Positions 1 to 26,800 of a DNA stretch of 64,000 bases are shown piece by piece. The stretch is from the NCBI GenBank assembly GCA_002633005.1, contig NMRA01000023.1, forward strand, positions 1,711,762 to 1,775,761, written 5' to 3'. A model generated the notes under the pieces. That model had not been told where the DNA came from and did no database searches. It saw nothing but the letters and a program-made list of their open reading frames with translations. This stretch comes from Phoronis australis (taxonomy: Eukaryota; Animalia; Phoronida). The position numbers were made by a program, and so were the translations under genes. Numbering within the stretch: the first letter of the stretch is position 1; each line of letters opens with the position of its first letter.

Positions 1-558
1 AGGCAAAACGGCAAAAGACCGATAACAGTTGTTTTGTATTGAATAGGGGTCTGAATATAACAACATTGTGTGCGGGTGTTATTGGTAGCTGTTTGAAGTA
101 AAAAGGTGATTCTCACGGTGACATAGACAAAAGCAAGTCAACATGCCTAGCAGTTCGTTACATTTGGCAATTTATGGAACTAGTGGACTCGGGACGATGC
201 TCTTAATGTACTGTAGGAAGCAAATTTACTGGTGTTACTGTTAGGCTTTAAAGAAATAAATGAACAATGCCTTTCATTACTTTATAATAAAGTGAACTAG
301 ACATTTAAAGAAACATGGGAATTAAATGAAGTATAAAAGTATTTTGGGCTTTATCATTGTCACCATAATGGTAACAGAGTAGTTCATCTTCCCAGTTTGA
401 CTGCCTCTTCTTCTTCATTTCCCATTTGACTTCCACTTCACATTCGTTAATGTTATTCTCACTGTTGTTTGCAATGCATTTCTGCTTCAATGCAGCCTAG
501 TTACATATAGGCCAACTGTTGGACACGACTCTTATACGCTTGCTGTTTCCCACCATAG

Positions 559-12795
<12,237 letters not shown>

Positions 12796-13027
12796 AATGT
12801 AAATCGTCCTTACAAAGTTATCCATGTCGTATATTGGATAGATACAGAACTCTGCCTTAGAAGTCTTCTCTGAGCGTCTCTTGACCAGCTGGCAGTTAAT
12901 AAGAAAAAGAGGAGAACATTAAGTCCCGTCAGGGCACCTGAACTGTTAGGGTGAATTCACTGGATAATGGTTCTCTCAAAATTGTAACACCGTTTGTTTA
13001 TTGTAATATTTTGTGTATGTAGTAGTG

Positions 13028-13033
13028 AATAAA
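13028..13033 (+). terminator. Candidate polyadenylation signal of PP2A-A
   Basis: AATAAA about 230 nt after the stop codon. Confidence 0.5.
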
Positions 13034-13329
13034 TAATGTACTGTGGACGTGGTTAGACTTTGAATTCCCATTTTTGGAGTAAGCCTCGGAGATTTAATGT
13101 TTTGGAAAATTTGTGCACTCTGTGGAGTGCCTAAACATTTGCTGGCAATTGTGCCTTTCGCATTTGCCTATGTCTGAAGTAGGCCCATGCCCCTAAACTT
13201 TTACTTGTCACACCATGTTCATAAGTGTTTGAATTCGGTTACCAACAGTTTTGGTAAGATGCAAGTGGCTGTCTCTCCAACGTGTTTTAAAGTGGGCGGT
13301 TTTTGCTTCTCTTGTCAGTTTCTGGTGAT

Positions 13330-14620
13330 TTTTATGTGCCCACATATTTATATGTAGACGCATTATGCTGTCATCTCTGTCTGGCGTCCGCTGCTCTATC
13401 TCCAAAACACCTTGACGTATGTTCCTTTTAATTTTGCACATGTGAGCGAACTTTCGGACGGATCCGACTGCTGGTGTGGCCCCTAGTGGCAATTTTAGTT
13501 TTTTACGTTTACCTTTGTATCTTCTAAAGTCCTGAATGGATTTTCATAAAATTTGGTAAATAGCACCTGTTAGCAAGATGACGCTATCCTCTTGTTTTCG
13601 GAGGGATTCTACGTATTTTGCGCCACCTAGTAGCCATTTGTACTGTTTGGTATACAGGCATCTGTTAATGAGTTGACGATATCTCTCCATTTTCATATGA
13701 ATTCGACCTAATTTGCGCCATCTAGTGGTCATTTTTACTGTATTTGAGTCTGTATTTGGCGTCCACTCGTTTATCAACCAAACCGCTTTCAGGATAATTG
13801 TGAAAATTGGCACGCATGTTTTTACTTTGAAGTGGACGGCCGACTGTGATTTTCCGACGAGTTTGACTACTGTGGCGCCTCCTAGTAGCAGTTTTTTTTT
13901 TGCCCTCATGGCTGTATCTCCTAAACCGTTTACAGGATCTTTACTTAATTTAGCAAGTGTACTTATGTGGTGTTGACAACGGACGACGACGACTTACGGA
14001 CGGATTTGACCACTGGTGTGCCCCTTAGTGGCAATTTTAGCTGTTTACGTTTACCAGTCTGTATCTTCAAAGGTACTCAACAGATTTTCATAAAATTCTG
14101 AATATAGGCATGACGTTATCATCCTGTTTTGAATGGAATCTAGGTATTTTGCGCCACCTAGTGGCCGTTTTTTGCGTTTTCAAATCATTCTGGGGATGGT
14201 TTTGAATATTTGCGTATATGTTTTCAGTGTGAAGAGGACGTTGATGGCGGCTGACTTCTGTAGCGCCTCCTAGTGGTAGTTTTGTTTTGTTTTGTTTTGT
14301 TTGCCCCCATAGCTGTCTCCAAAACCCACTGCAAGATCTTTTTTAAATTTAGTAAGTGGATTTACATGAAGATAGCAGACGACTTTTCAGGCGGATCGAA
14401 CGGTCGGTGTGCCTACAAGTGGCAATTTCGTTTTCTTCTGTTTTCCTTTGTTTCTCTGAAGTTCCTTGACAGATTTTTATGAAGTATGGCATATGCCCGT
14501 TTTAGATGGATTGTACGTTTTTGCGCTAGCTAGTGGCCATTTTTATGATACAAATAAATAACCCTACGAGCACACCATGCATTCGTTGGTGCATTTCAAC
14601 GCTCCATGTTGCTCTTGTTT
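13330..14620 (-). mobile_element. Helentron-like non-autonomous element with modular subrepeats
   Basis: On the - strand it begins AAACAAGAGC and ends CACATAAAAA after a stem-loop; homologous to 43002-43630 and 48189-52137; family assignment is inference from architecture. Confidence 0.7.
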
Positions 14621-15358
14621 AATTCTTAGTTTAATAGTACAACTACTGTAACCTCTGCAGCTTTGCCAGGGATTTGTCCAGTTCACTTGCATATTTGAAA
14701 GACTTGCTCCGACCCAGTTCTTACTAAGTGTTGCATAGAGACACGTGCACATATTTCTTCGTAAAGGAGTAGTTTCACATGAAGTGTTAGGAGTCTAAAT
14801 AGGCCCATATACGATGGGACACAGTTTGGGTCTGCTTGTCTATTGAAATTATTTGCTGGATATTAAGGGCATTAAATCTGTGCTCTTGTGATGCAAAGAG
14901 TGATTCTCCGACTATCTGGGTGTTCTGTAATGCTCCATTCTAAGAGACAGTCATTACATCATTTAGGACTATCGACTGCGTGTACATATCAAACTGACCT
15001 GGTTTTCTGAGCAACTGGCAAGGTTTGTATGAGCCAATTCCCATGTGTACGCTCGTGTTGATTTCTGAATTAACCCTACTTTTAACCCGTGTCCTGTCGA
15101 AAAATAAAGTTGATTTACACTTATTGCGCGAAAAGGAAGTGTTACAATTTGTTTCTCTGGGCTTGAAAATCATGAACTTGTAGCTGGTTAATGCTTCAGA
15201 CGTATGCTTGGCGCGTACAATGAAGAACCGTGTTCAACCTGTTAGGCATGCTCTCGAACAGTGACGCACTGTCTTTTTTTCAAAACCCATCCGTCACCTA
15301 GCATTAGGCCCTATTCATGCAGTAACGACAAAGAAAAAATTGGTGAAATTTACCCCTG

Positions 15359-15572
15359 GGCCCGGTTGCATGAAACAGTCCCAAATAGGGACTCGACTAC
15401 CGGGATCAATTTTTAGTTACGTTATTAGAAAATGTCGTTGGTCAAAGAAGAGCACATAATAAAGATGAAATTACAGAAGATCACATCTGTGAGTATAGAA
15501 AGCCACAAATAGGCAAAAGATTTAGGAAACTTAGTTGAGTCCCTATTTGGGACTGTTTCATGCCACCAATCA
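15359..15572. mobile_element. Harbinger-like MITE
   Basis: About 36-bp inverted arms GGTTGCATGAAACAGTCCCAAATAGGGACTC; left end CTG|GGCCC; right terminus decayed. Confidence 0.7.
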
Positions 15573-17352
15573 CTAGACTCCCAAGAGATGTCACGAGGAA
15601 CTAAATCTGTAATTTCATTGCTTTTTTATTCAAAAATTGATCTAGGTTAAAATAACAAACACCAAAACAACATTAAAACCTTACAAAGTATCCTTAAAAT
15701 TATAAAAATTGAGTACATTAGGTGATAGTCTACTTAAAGTGGCATTAAACCTGCTATCCGTCGAAGAAACTAAGTTTTGATTCAGATCACTTATCGCGAT
15801 ATGTCTCAACATGTTCTTACTGTGATGAGAAATGATTTCTTTGTCATGCAAAGCGATAGTGCGTTATTCCTTCTGGCCACGGTCGGGGAATGACACGCCG
15901 TAACGGGTCAACGTGTAGAGTCTCGTCTTGAGCAATAGTAAACTGCCAGTTCTTTCCAAGCACAGAAGCAGCACATATTTTTACTAAGGAATAATTTGAG
16001 ACCAATTTCATAACGGTGAGTGGTCTAAAGCAGAAATTGATTTTTTTTACGTAAAGCAGATTTATACTGTCGGCACCTTTAACTGAGACTTGCGTAGAAA
16101 GAAAGTCTTCATTAGTTGCCTTATACAGCGATGTAAATAGCTTTGTTTTCGTGTGGAATACATCTTGTATTTATTTTTAATGAAGTGGTTATTAGCGTCA
16201 CTAAACTCAAAGGATCACACTTTTGACCTGTGAAGTTCCAGCTTCGTGTGTTAGAACCGACTTCACTAACTTGATAGTTTGGCGTTTTAGACCTGATATA
16301 GTTATTATGATGCTTAATTTCTTTGCTTTTAAAGCGGCTTCAAACCCGCCTTCCGTTTTGACTGGTCTCCAACTTATTCATTACTCGGATCAGAGTTAAC
16401 TTTAAGTTTGGGAACATCAGACACTTCGTTATTACGATACTTCTCCACTGATCTAGTGAAATACCGTTTTGTAAAATTACTCCACAAAAATAAAGATGAA
16501 CAAAGTTTTAGTTTATAATCAGCCTGGTTTGTACAGTCCACATACCATAACACAACTTATACTAAATTTTCCGTTTTCAAAATAAAAAAGGAAAAATGAT
16601 AATTTGGTCATTTTTGTGCTAAATAAGTGGAGATTTCATGAGAACAGACTCAACTGGGTCATTAGTTATAACCTCGAAGATAAAATCTTGCCGAATTGTA
16701 AGTTCTTTCCATTTCCAGAACTTGATCACTTCTCACCTGATAAACTATCAACCAAAGACTAGTCCTGCGTTTCGGTTTGTAATGCAGTTTCTTAAATCCA
16801 CGGCACGCAACGGCATGGTGATTCCACAATATTTGTTTGCGCACAAAGTACTGTGGCATTCATTTTCAATAAACTTTACCGAGAGGGAGACTTATGATTT
16901 ACCTTACGACTAGATCAACAAATTGAACGGGTATAGTCTCGATTACTCGATATTTTTTTGCTGACGGAGGGGCCAAATTCAGTGGAATCCCCCGTAACAT
17001 AAAGTCTAAAACAGAAAGTAGTTTCTTTTGCGGAAGGCAGGCTTATAGCAGCTTTAACCTTTCAACTATTATTTACAACACAAAAACAACAACGTGGCGC
17101 CATACAATTGACGGGATAAATAGTTGGACAGGACAGAGTCAAGTGACACGTGTTCATTGTCGTGACAGAACACCTGATTTTGGCAAACTCCCCATCGATT
17201 ATAAATATATCTAGTAACAGGCATTAGCATCACATAACAAAGTGTCTCATGACGGATCTTTCAAGGCAATTCTTTGGTTTGTTCAAGAGTTAACTCTTTT
17301 ATTGTTTCTCAGTCTCTTACGAGGTTCGTGCACGATGACAAGGGTCCATTAC

Positions 17353-17825
17353 TCACGCCTTGTTCTTTTTCCCGCCTTTTTTTCCGCCCTTTTTCCCACC
17401 CTTCTTCGACCGTGATTTCCGCTTATTTTTCCTTTCGTTTTTCTTGTCGCCGCCTTTCGTCGTACCATCGACCATTGTCTCGTCCAAAGCCTCTACGCCA
17501 CCCTCGCAAAGGTTCTTTTTCTTTAATTTCCTTAAAGCTTTGCGAAGATTTTTAAATAATGTCGGGTTCTTTTTCTTCTTGGGCCACAAGACGGCGTACG
17601 TGGCTACTATTCGATCGCCCATCCTTTTACCCATGATCACTTGAGTATCACCTTTGCTCACTCGTTTGCACTCGCACCCCGGATCTCCGTCTACTACGAG
17701 TTTAAATTTTCGCAAGTCTGATTTGGTCAAACTTTTATCTTTCTTGTAAAACTTCTTCTTTCTCAGCGTGGAAATGACGATGCCCTTGTCTGACGACGTC
17801 ACGTCTTTCACCTTCACCCGGAGAA
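17353..17825 (-). CDS. SFRP: sFRP exon 3 (NTR domain and Lys-rich tail)
   Basis: Inside ORF 17353..17919; tgtag| acceptor; VLRVKVK...CEC...VIMG...W...C. Confidence 0.92.
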
Positions 17826-20800
17826 CTACAACGAATATAATAATCACAATTATTGTCGTGACGGGAATAAATTCGGGGGGGTGCTCTCGTGTGAAAGAGG
17901 TATACGGGAAGTGCCGCACAGAAGGGTGACTTTTTCACGAACAATTTTCCTACGAAAGCTTACACTGCTGACAATTTGGTAATTCGCAACTATAAAAGAC
18001 TAGTTTTCCAACAATGATGCTATCATTTTTCCCAACATAGCGTCTTTTTTGTAATGTTCCAGTCTTAATGGGTTGACATTAAGAATCCCTACGAAAAGAA
18101 CTTAACTTGTCTGGTGTATTTTGAACAACTCCCTACGAACGAGTACCCGTTTTTCGAGTCCACTCTCTGAATGGGTAGAATCCCCATTTTCCAGTTGCAG
18201 CCCCCGTCAAAAATATAATCACGTACTCCCCCGGAAAAAACTAGTTGCTACAGTCTGCGTACTCTAATCGACCAATGGAAGTTAGATATACCAATTAAAG
18301 AACCAGCCTCTGGTTCTTAAATTTAGATCTGGGCCGGCAAGGCAAATAAGCAGTAAAGACAGTCATAAAATGTTTAAATTCTAACTTCTCAACGGTAAAA
18401 TTTAAAATTACAAATGTGTCTATGAAGTGTAGATATTTTGTTCAATGTCCAATTATGGTAATCGCTTGTCGGAGACCCCCCGATTACGGCCCGGATTACT
18501 GTCGCGTCGTGGTTGCCAGTGACACGCAACTGAGGTGCGTGAATCCCTCAACTCGTTTCAAAGGTTCCATATCAAAATGTAAGACTGCAGAAAATAAAAC
18601 AGATTTACGAACCGAACAAATAAATTTGATTTGCCAAGCCTTGGGGCCATACACGGGGATCAGGTTAACACTGGGGTTTGTCCGGTGGCGAAATATGACG
18701 TTGTTTGGTAATTGTATTTTGTTTTGAACCTAGCGGTTTGAACTTCCTTCAACGCATGCTGAGAGAAGCAATAACAAAAACGTTCAGCAAATCAAAAGTT
18801 AGGCTCTCAAGTTGAAATTTGTAACATGTCCATTCAAAATGGCGCTTTACACATGTGTTTCATCATCCTTTCTTCCCAGAAACGAGTCATGAAAATAATG
18901 CGCTTTTTGATGTCACACCATCTCTAAAGTCGTGATATTACGTAACAACCACAGACGTATGAATTCTGCTTCAGTGTTTTGTTATGTGAGAGATACTTAA
19001 GTTTATGCCTTTTAAACAGCTATCACTGAACTTAAAAGGATTCTATTTCCGTTACCGATAAGAACATTGAAACCATAACTTAGGAAAACGCTTCAGAGTT
19101 AATTGGGGTTGGACAACCCTAAACTTGGGGATTCTAAAATAGTACGTGTATGCATCACCCGTGACTTGAGTTGCCGGATCGTCTTTGACAATAATTCAAA
19201 AGCAGAAGTGACTGTCAGGCCGCTGGGGCGAAAAAACTTTTAGACAGTCGCAAAAGTTATCGAGCCCATAGACTACCCGTAGTCTCCATTTTGAATGTGT
19301 CATCTTGGTAGCTAGAAACGAGGCTGGCGTATTCGTGGATCAATATTTGAACGTTTGGACGGAGTATCGGCGTCTCGGCGACCAACGCACAGGTGGACCC
19401 GAGATGGGCGCCTCGACCAACGCACAAGTGGACTCTAGATACGCGCCTCGACCAACAAGTGGACCCCCGAGGGTTTTTGCAGAAATCTCCTTATCAATAT
19501 TGCAGCGAGATGTCGCTTCTCTTTATTGAAGAGTACACCCAACTATAATAGGATAAGTAATCTCTTTTGATTCAAACTATCTCGGCGAGAAAAGTGATTT
19601 TGCAGAATTGAGCAGCACTTTCTCCGCAGTAGCAACCAAACGCTCTGCCGCTGAACCAACTTCCACGCATTAAGTTATGTTAAACCTATTTAAAAGATAA
19701 CGACTCTGATCTTGCTTTCAGCGAATATCTGGCAGATAACGGCGAGAATTGGGAATATGTAACAAAATCGAAAATGCAACGGATTTTGTTGTTTTAAAGC
19801 TCTGGTCAACGCTAACAACTTCAAGAAATCCATTCAACAAAATCCGTTTTCGTCCGTAAACCCGATAATTTCCATTTAAGTGTCTCGTGATATATCTCAT
19901 TGTGATGAGTTAAATAAAGTAACCCAAGTCTCAGCTAAGAATGCTAGAGTTCGCTGCGCCGAATCCGTTACCACCCAAAAGTTCACTGGCCGGTGAAATC
20001 AAGCGGATCAGGTTGCCTTTAATTTACTGTATGTTATTAGCCTTGTAAGATTTCCCATTCAATTACTGCAACTTTTTGGAATTCAATTTTATAGCTCTTT
20101 TGTCCTTGAGACAAACAGAGAGCCACGCCAGTTACCCGTCTTAGAAATGTTTTAGGTACAAAGGTCATAGACACACGGTGGACGTGTGTGAGAAAATCTC
20201 GTTTTATTTTTTACAATAATAAACATCTTTTGATGTGTAGTAATACGAGATATTTATGTGTTTATAACTTTTTCCCTGAAAACATAATGGGTAAGCTTCT
20301 AAGCCCATCATAGACGATTAACAACTTATCTCGCACACCTACACCCACTTCGCACAGATCGTGCTATCGTTGAATTTTTCGCGAAACCTATTCTGTTTAC
20401 CTGACATTTTCAAGGGAAGCTTTTCCGAACTCATAGTTTAAACACTGTAAACCGCTTCTGACATCCTATTTCAAAAGTGTCTAAGGTGGTTAATTACAAG
20501 TCAAGCAGCGCACGTGCTGCGACAAACATCAGCTTGTTAGTTGCTTTAGTTCGAAAGACGATATGTTACATGTCTGGTTCGCCGTTGAAATAATTAAAAC
20601 GGATGGTTAGTTTTGATGTATAGATCTCTATTCCCCAGTCGCAACTTAGTCTTCGGAATGTGGAAAATTACGCGACAGAACCAAGCAACCAAACGGAACT
20701 CTTGTTCGGCGGTAACCCTGAGGGCAAAGCGAAATCAAGTTTCATCTAGAAGACATCTCTCTTGCTTGTTTACAAGTGCTCAGTTCAGTGATATGTAAAA

Positions 20801-23800
20801 TACCTCGTAAAACATGAACCGTTTTGAAAACTGCTCAACAGATCATTAAAGCAATCAACTGCATCCAGCATTTACTGATTTAGCTTTTGTGAAGTGTAAT
20901 ACTTTATAGAGCCAACCCGCCGTAAAACTAACCTATAACTTTCAAACTTCATGCTTACAATACATATACTTGGTGCAAAATGTATAACATTTTCCATTTC
21001 GGCGTACACCGGTTTTGCCTCGTTTTCATACATACTAACCCAGGAATCGCGAGGTTTTAACCTTGTTATGAACATCGACAGAATTGAACACAACACGACA
21101 ACAATTGTTACCATTTAAAACAGTTGTTTTAAAAAGTCGTTTAGGTAACGAAGTTTTATAGGTGAACAATTTACGCAAACAGCCAGGACTACCAGCCGTA
21201 AATGTGATATTTTGGACTGAGAGGTAAAACATAAGCGGACTCAGAGGGGTCGAGAGGTCCTAAACGTCCTCCCTTCCGCGGCTACTTGTGTATTGTAGAA
21301 CTGAAGGAATGAGAAGTGTCCCCTATTTGTCCATTGTCAGACCCGCGTGGGCAGAATTCTAGATCCGCTCCTGTAAATGTTTTTGTCGTGCAAATATTAC
21401 TGTCGAGACTGATGCGTGACTTACCGAAATCTGCTCTACAGTAGTTGTCAATGATTCCCTCATACGTGTCGGGTTCAGCGCACGCCCTACACTCGTTCTG
21501 GACGCCTGCAATGAAAAATATTGTTTTTCTAATACCAATGGAGTTTTTGATTTGCTGTCCAATACCACTACCAAACAGAAAACGAAGTCGGTCACAGTGG
21601 TTTTCAGTAAGTACAACTACACTGGGATATTTCATATGTTGGTATAAGCGGTCAATATTTGGAATTATGAACACCGATACGACAGCCGCTGGTAGGTGTT
21701 TTGAACTGCATAATCTTTCGAAGTCATATAATACTTACTATTATAAGCAAAATGTTATATCACGGTATTTCTAGTATTTAGTGTCGGCTAAAAAGCTGCC
21801 AAGAGCTGCAATGAGAGGGGAGCACTGGACAGGTGCCCCAAACTAATATTCACCCACAATTCGTGACCGGGACGAGGGCCGAAAAGAGTAAGCTACCCGG
21901 GAAACGAGGAATTTGGAAATTGGTGGGGACCAAGGGGCGGTGGGCGATTGGATGGTTTTTGACTAAGTTAACGTGTCTGTACTTCAGCAGTTTTTACCTT
22001 TCTACGTGCCCATTATCGTCTCGCTAATTAACTACTATGGCCACTTAACACTGGAATTCCAATGTCTGATATTAACCTCTGGTAGGTTAGGCCAGAGAAA
22101 TGTGTGATGGGGAATACTGCTGGACGCAACAACGCAGAAGCCAATTCACAAACATGTACTTGGAAAAAACGATTTGTGAACAGCGCACGCATAAAATACA
22201 CAGGCCATACTAAACCATGGCCATTAGTTTGGCGGTGTTGATTTGGAAAATCTGTTGTGCGATTTAATGCGTACAGCAAGTAAAACTGCTATTAGGAGTA
22301 GATTTCAGAACGTCTTTATGCAGTGCTTGGTTCGCTATTATTCTGCTACATATGGAAGTACGTGATCAGGATGACAACGATCTACAACGCCCTCTGAAAC
22401 AGCCTCTAAAATAATGGAATTATAGTTTAAGCGATTTTTGTTGCTATAAAGTTAGTTTTGTCTTGCCCCTTACTCGGTTTAGAAGTGATTTCTGTCTCCG
22501 TGACCTGAAATCTTCTGAAATTAATGTGAAGGAATAACGAGTTGTCAATACGTTGTGACGTAACAGTCTTGTGTTAAGGTTCGCTTTAGCATTTTGCAAG
22601 TAACAGAAAAAAAATCTTTTTAATTATTAATCGACTCTTTCAAGTGTTCATTCCATGACAACCAGAAATTGGTTGTCAAGAGTTTGTGCCTCCCCGATTA
22701 AGCACGAAAAATATATAAACGAAAACAATTTATGTGAAGAAATCACTTCTCAAGTGAGTAAGGAACAAGTTAAGACTCATTCTAAAGCGGTAAAATTCAA
22801 TTTCTTCCACAAAACGTGGGTACATTGCCACTATAAACTCTATCGAAGAAAATTATTCGAGAAATTTCCCGCAATGCGATCTCATTATAGCCCTACTTGT
22901 GAAATGCCAAACGAGGAAAGTACGTTCATTACTTAGGAAAACTATTCGGCCACTCATTTTCCTTTTTAACAAGTCAACATCTGATCATCTTCGAGTACTA
23001 CATAAGTATATACCAAGTATTTCGGATTCCGAGTGTATATAATTGACCTGAATTGGTGTCAACAATTAACGATAACACAGGTGTCGCAAAGGTGACATTT
23101 CGGTAAAAATGTGTGTCGCGTCAGTTTATGCTGCCAAACACGGCCATGCCTGTTTTTCACACATCAGAAAATGTTCTCATTTCTATTAAGATGTGAATGT
23201 CACACGACGAATTATCGTTAATACATCCAATAAATCAGCATTATTTGTAATAACGAGAAGCCGTTCCCGGCCAGCGAATCGATCAACTGTTGGCTCAGCC
23301 AAATGTCTGGCGGTGGTACTTCTTGGTCTAAACGGCGACGAATACATAAAAGAAAACGACGAGGATATTTATCTAAATTAAGTGCAATCCCTACACTTTC
23401 AATTTCACCAATATAGTAACACTAATACCTGAACCACTCAGCGATATTCGTCTACCGACGCCAAGCACTCGAATGTTTTCTTAAGAAAGTTCGTGTCAAA
23501 ATAACAATCTACACCTTCAGACTACGACATGCTTGATACAGCGGTGGTTAGCATGCTTTTTATGCAAATACAATTAGTTGCACTTTGGTGTGAGCAAGAA
23601 ACCAGTATAGCCACCACCAACTGAGGTAGTGCATAACAAAAATGAAGTTCCATCCCGCCAAATGTCGCGGGGGTAACCCTAGTCGACATATCCGGCATTA
23701 GAATAATTATCGAATTAGCCCCAAACTCGCCGGGAAGATGTCGAAATGTTTCCCCTGGTTAGATGTCACGCGTCCACACTGAACACCATTAGCATTCCTT

Positions 23801-26800
23801 GCACAGCACGGGTTACAAGACCGAAATGCAGTCCCTCGATGAATTTGTCTGTCGGAATTTGGGAGACGTTTTATCTCCCAGACACACAATACACCAGCCA
23901 GAATCGTATTTTGTTCAGCCAGACAATGGCATTATTAATCAGATAGAATAGACTGCTAAATTTAGAAAAAATGCAATTGTGACGCGTCAGGTTTCGAGTC
24001 TGCTTCAGAAAAGTATCAAAACACTGTGAGTTATGGAAAATGCCTGAAAGGGCTTCTGGGCAACAAACATTCAAAGCTTGTTAATATTGTGACTGGTCTT
24101 TTCATCGCTCGTGCCAAATTAAAGCATCCGTAGACATTAATGTACTTTCAAGGCCTAACACAAAAGACAATTGGGTCTCGTTCGGCCACAGGCAAATTAC
24201 TCGTCAGGTGTCGCGTACTCATTATGTTTACTCCATAACGACCGCCGTTATAACAACCAGGGTCCGCTAAAACCTGCCAGCAATTACGTCACGGCGCAAA
24301 TAACATCGACCTGCAGCGATTAGAAAACATTTCTGTTTTTAAGTGGATGTCAGGTCAACTTAAACTTCTCTGCGTAAAAAGAGTCTGGTAAACCAATGAG
24401 AAACAATGCTGAACAGGTTTCAAATACATCAATTTGGTAGGAGTCATAAAAACGAAACAGTTGGGTCAACTTTGCCTGCGTTACCGTTCGAAAGCCCCAA
24501 TTCTGTTTTCCCAGTAGAGGAGATTTGTGGTTGTACAATAAATGCACATATCTGAATTTCACTTCACTTTTGATATCAGACCACCACAGGAGCGACGCAC
24601 TGGTTTTTTAAATGCACCTCTCTAAAAGAATGCAAACATTTCCATCCACGTGCAACTTATCTAATCAATTCTTTGTAAAGGAATGCATTCACATTCTGCA
24701 TGTGTTCGCTAGTCAAAAAAACTGTCCTACGTCACTTTTAAGATTGCACATCTCAACAATTTTGTTCGGTGGTTGAAAAGGAAATACTTTTCCAAGGCAT
24801 GGTACAACTATTAACGAATTTAAAATCATTACTTATTACTATATATATAATGTCATTGGGTCTTAACACACGGGAATAGCTTTTTAATTATACAATACTA
24901 CTATTTTGTAGCAAATATTAGATTATCATTTCGCAATACAATAAAACTTTTGGTAATAATATGAAAGCTAATCAGTTGTTCAGAATTGATGAATGGATCG
25001 TAATGTTAGCAAAAATTGATTGTCTTGGAACGACGCTCTTGAAGAGGATAATATGGGGTGTATAGAAACGGCCTCTATGTGTACTGAGCAACAATTTGAC
25101 TTTTATTGTCTTCAACTTTTTGAATGACTCACCAGCTGTATAGACGTTAGACAAACTTTTCACTAAAGTTTAAGTTTAAGTTAAAATCTTAGTATATGTA
25201 CCTGGTCATAAATAAATAAACGTCACATGCGTGAGAAATAATTCGCTTGGTCTTGTCAGTGCGCCAGACAGCGAGACGCGCTAATTGAATCCCATTTTTT
25301 GCTCATTAACCTTTTCAGAGAATAAATTCTAAATTATGGATTACACTTGCGAGTTGAACGATAACATTTTCTTATCACTTCTACGTTCTATACGACGGAA
25401 CATTGTACACGGCACTTTGATGAAAATGGGACAACGTTAGCACAGAACATATGACACATAACTAACGTTCCCTGTCTGACAGGTTGGACTCTTTAGGCAA
25501 GATTAGATTGTGAATCACTGTGTTAATACGGACAATACAGTGTCTGGTTCCCATTTTAATGTAATTTTCTAGATGAGAACAACTCATTAAGCCTGCTTGT
25601 GTCAACATCACATTATTAACATCATACGCCAGTTCACATACATTGGGGATTCAGCGAGTACAATCTGTTCAGTCCCGATGTTCAGCTCTGCATCTCAGGT
25701 ATACACGATGTGCTAACTAACCTTGGCCAACTGCCTGATCACAGCCGGCGGTAACATCAAGGGGACTGTCATAATGAACTCGGCGATTATTAATTTTTAT
25801 TCTGTCAAAGTCCAAAGCGAAGCAAAAACTCCTTTCATGCTCAACAAACACAAACAAATCAATCACCAAGAATTGTCAGACGCCACTGATAAGGACGCTA
25901 CTCATAAAGTGAGCCGCTGTGGTATGTACAATACATTGGACATGATTTAAACCGATTACTTGCATACGGGTTGGTTTTCGGATTTTCTCAAACTCTTGAC
26001 TTTTTATTAGTCTAACTCTGAATATATAGACGTAAATTTTGTTCAGGTGAATGGAAAAACACACCTTTGTAAATTAATGTCTGTGTTAATGGCTGACTGA
26101 CCGATTTAACAAAGCCCTGTTGTGGCTGATAACTGAAATCCCATGCGAACATAAGTGAACTGGAAATTGCATCAAAAGCTCCATACTTAAATAACGTCCA
26201 ATCCTTTTTCTACCGACAGCGCGTTAAATTATTTTTCACATACAAAACATATATTAATGAAAGTTTAAGATCACACAATAAACATGAAGTAATACGTACG
26301 TGTCTCGTTCATATTCGGGGGTCGAATGCACAGATCATTTTCTTCAGGAAACTTATCACACTTCAACATTTCTGGCCAGGGGAAGCGATATTTACTCATC
26401 GTCGACGCACAACCGGCTTTGACGGCTTCGCACAAAGATCGACAGGGCCATATCAGACGCTCACTGTCCGATTCAAGGCAAATAGGCGAAAACAGGGAAC
26501 ACAGGAACAGTTGTGTATTAGGGTGACATTGCACCCCCAGCAGGGGCACCCACGAACCCGCCTGCGTAGTCACTTCCGTCAGGGTGTCGTGTTCAAGTAG
26601 GTTCGGCAATCTCATCCTGTGGTATCCAATATTTTGACACAAAGTCAAGTTGGAAGGAATATCTACACATTTTGGATGATAGACTCTACCACTAAGTAAC
26701 GCCAAGTCCGTTCCCCAGTCGTTGATCCTACTGTAGGAAATACTGGCACACACTCCAGTCAGCAGAAATATCGTTGACGAACACATTACTAGTTTCCTCA

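Noticed and set aside
13208-14482. Several 60-130 aa ORFs here and at 48020-50373
   Set aside because: They lie in the non-coding modular repeat, frames are not preserved between copies, and no transposase motifs are present.
17274-17644. Phe/Pro-rich + strand ORFs 17274..17555 and 17360..17644
   Set aside because: Antisense shadows of the Lys/Gly-rich sFRP exon 3.
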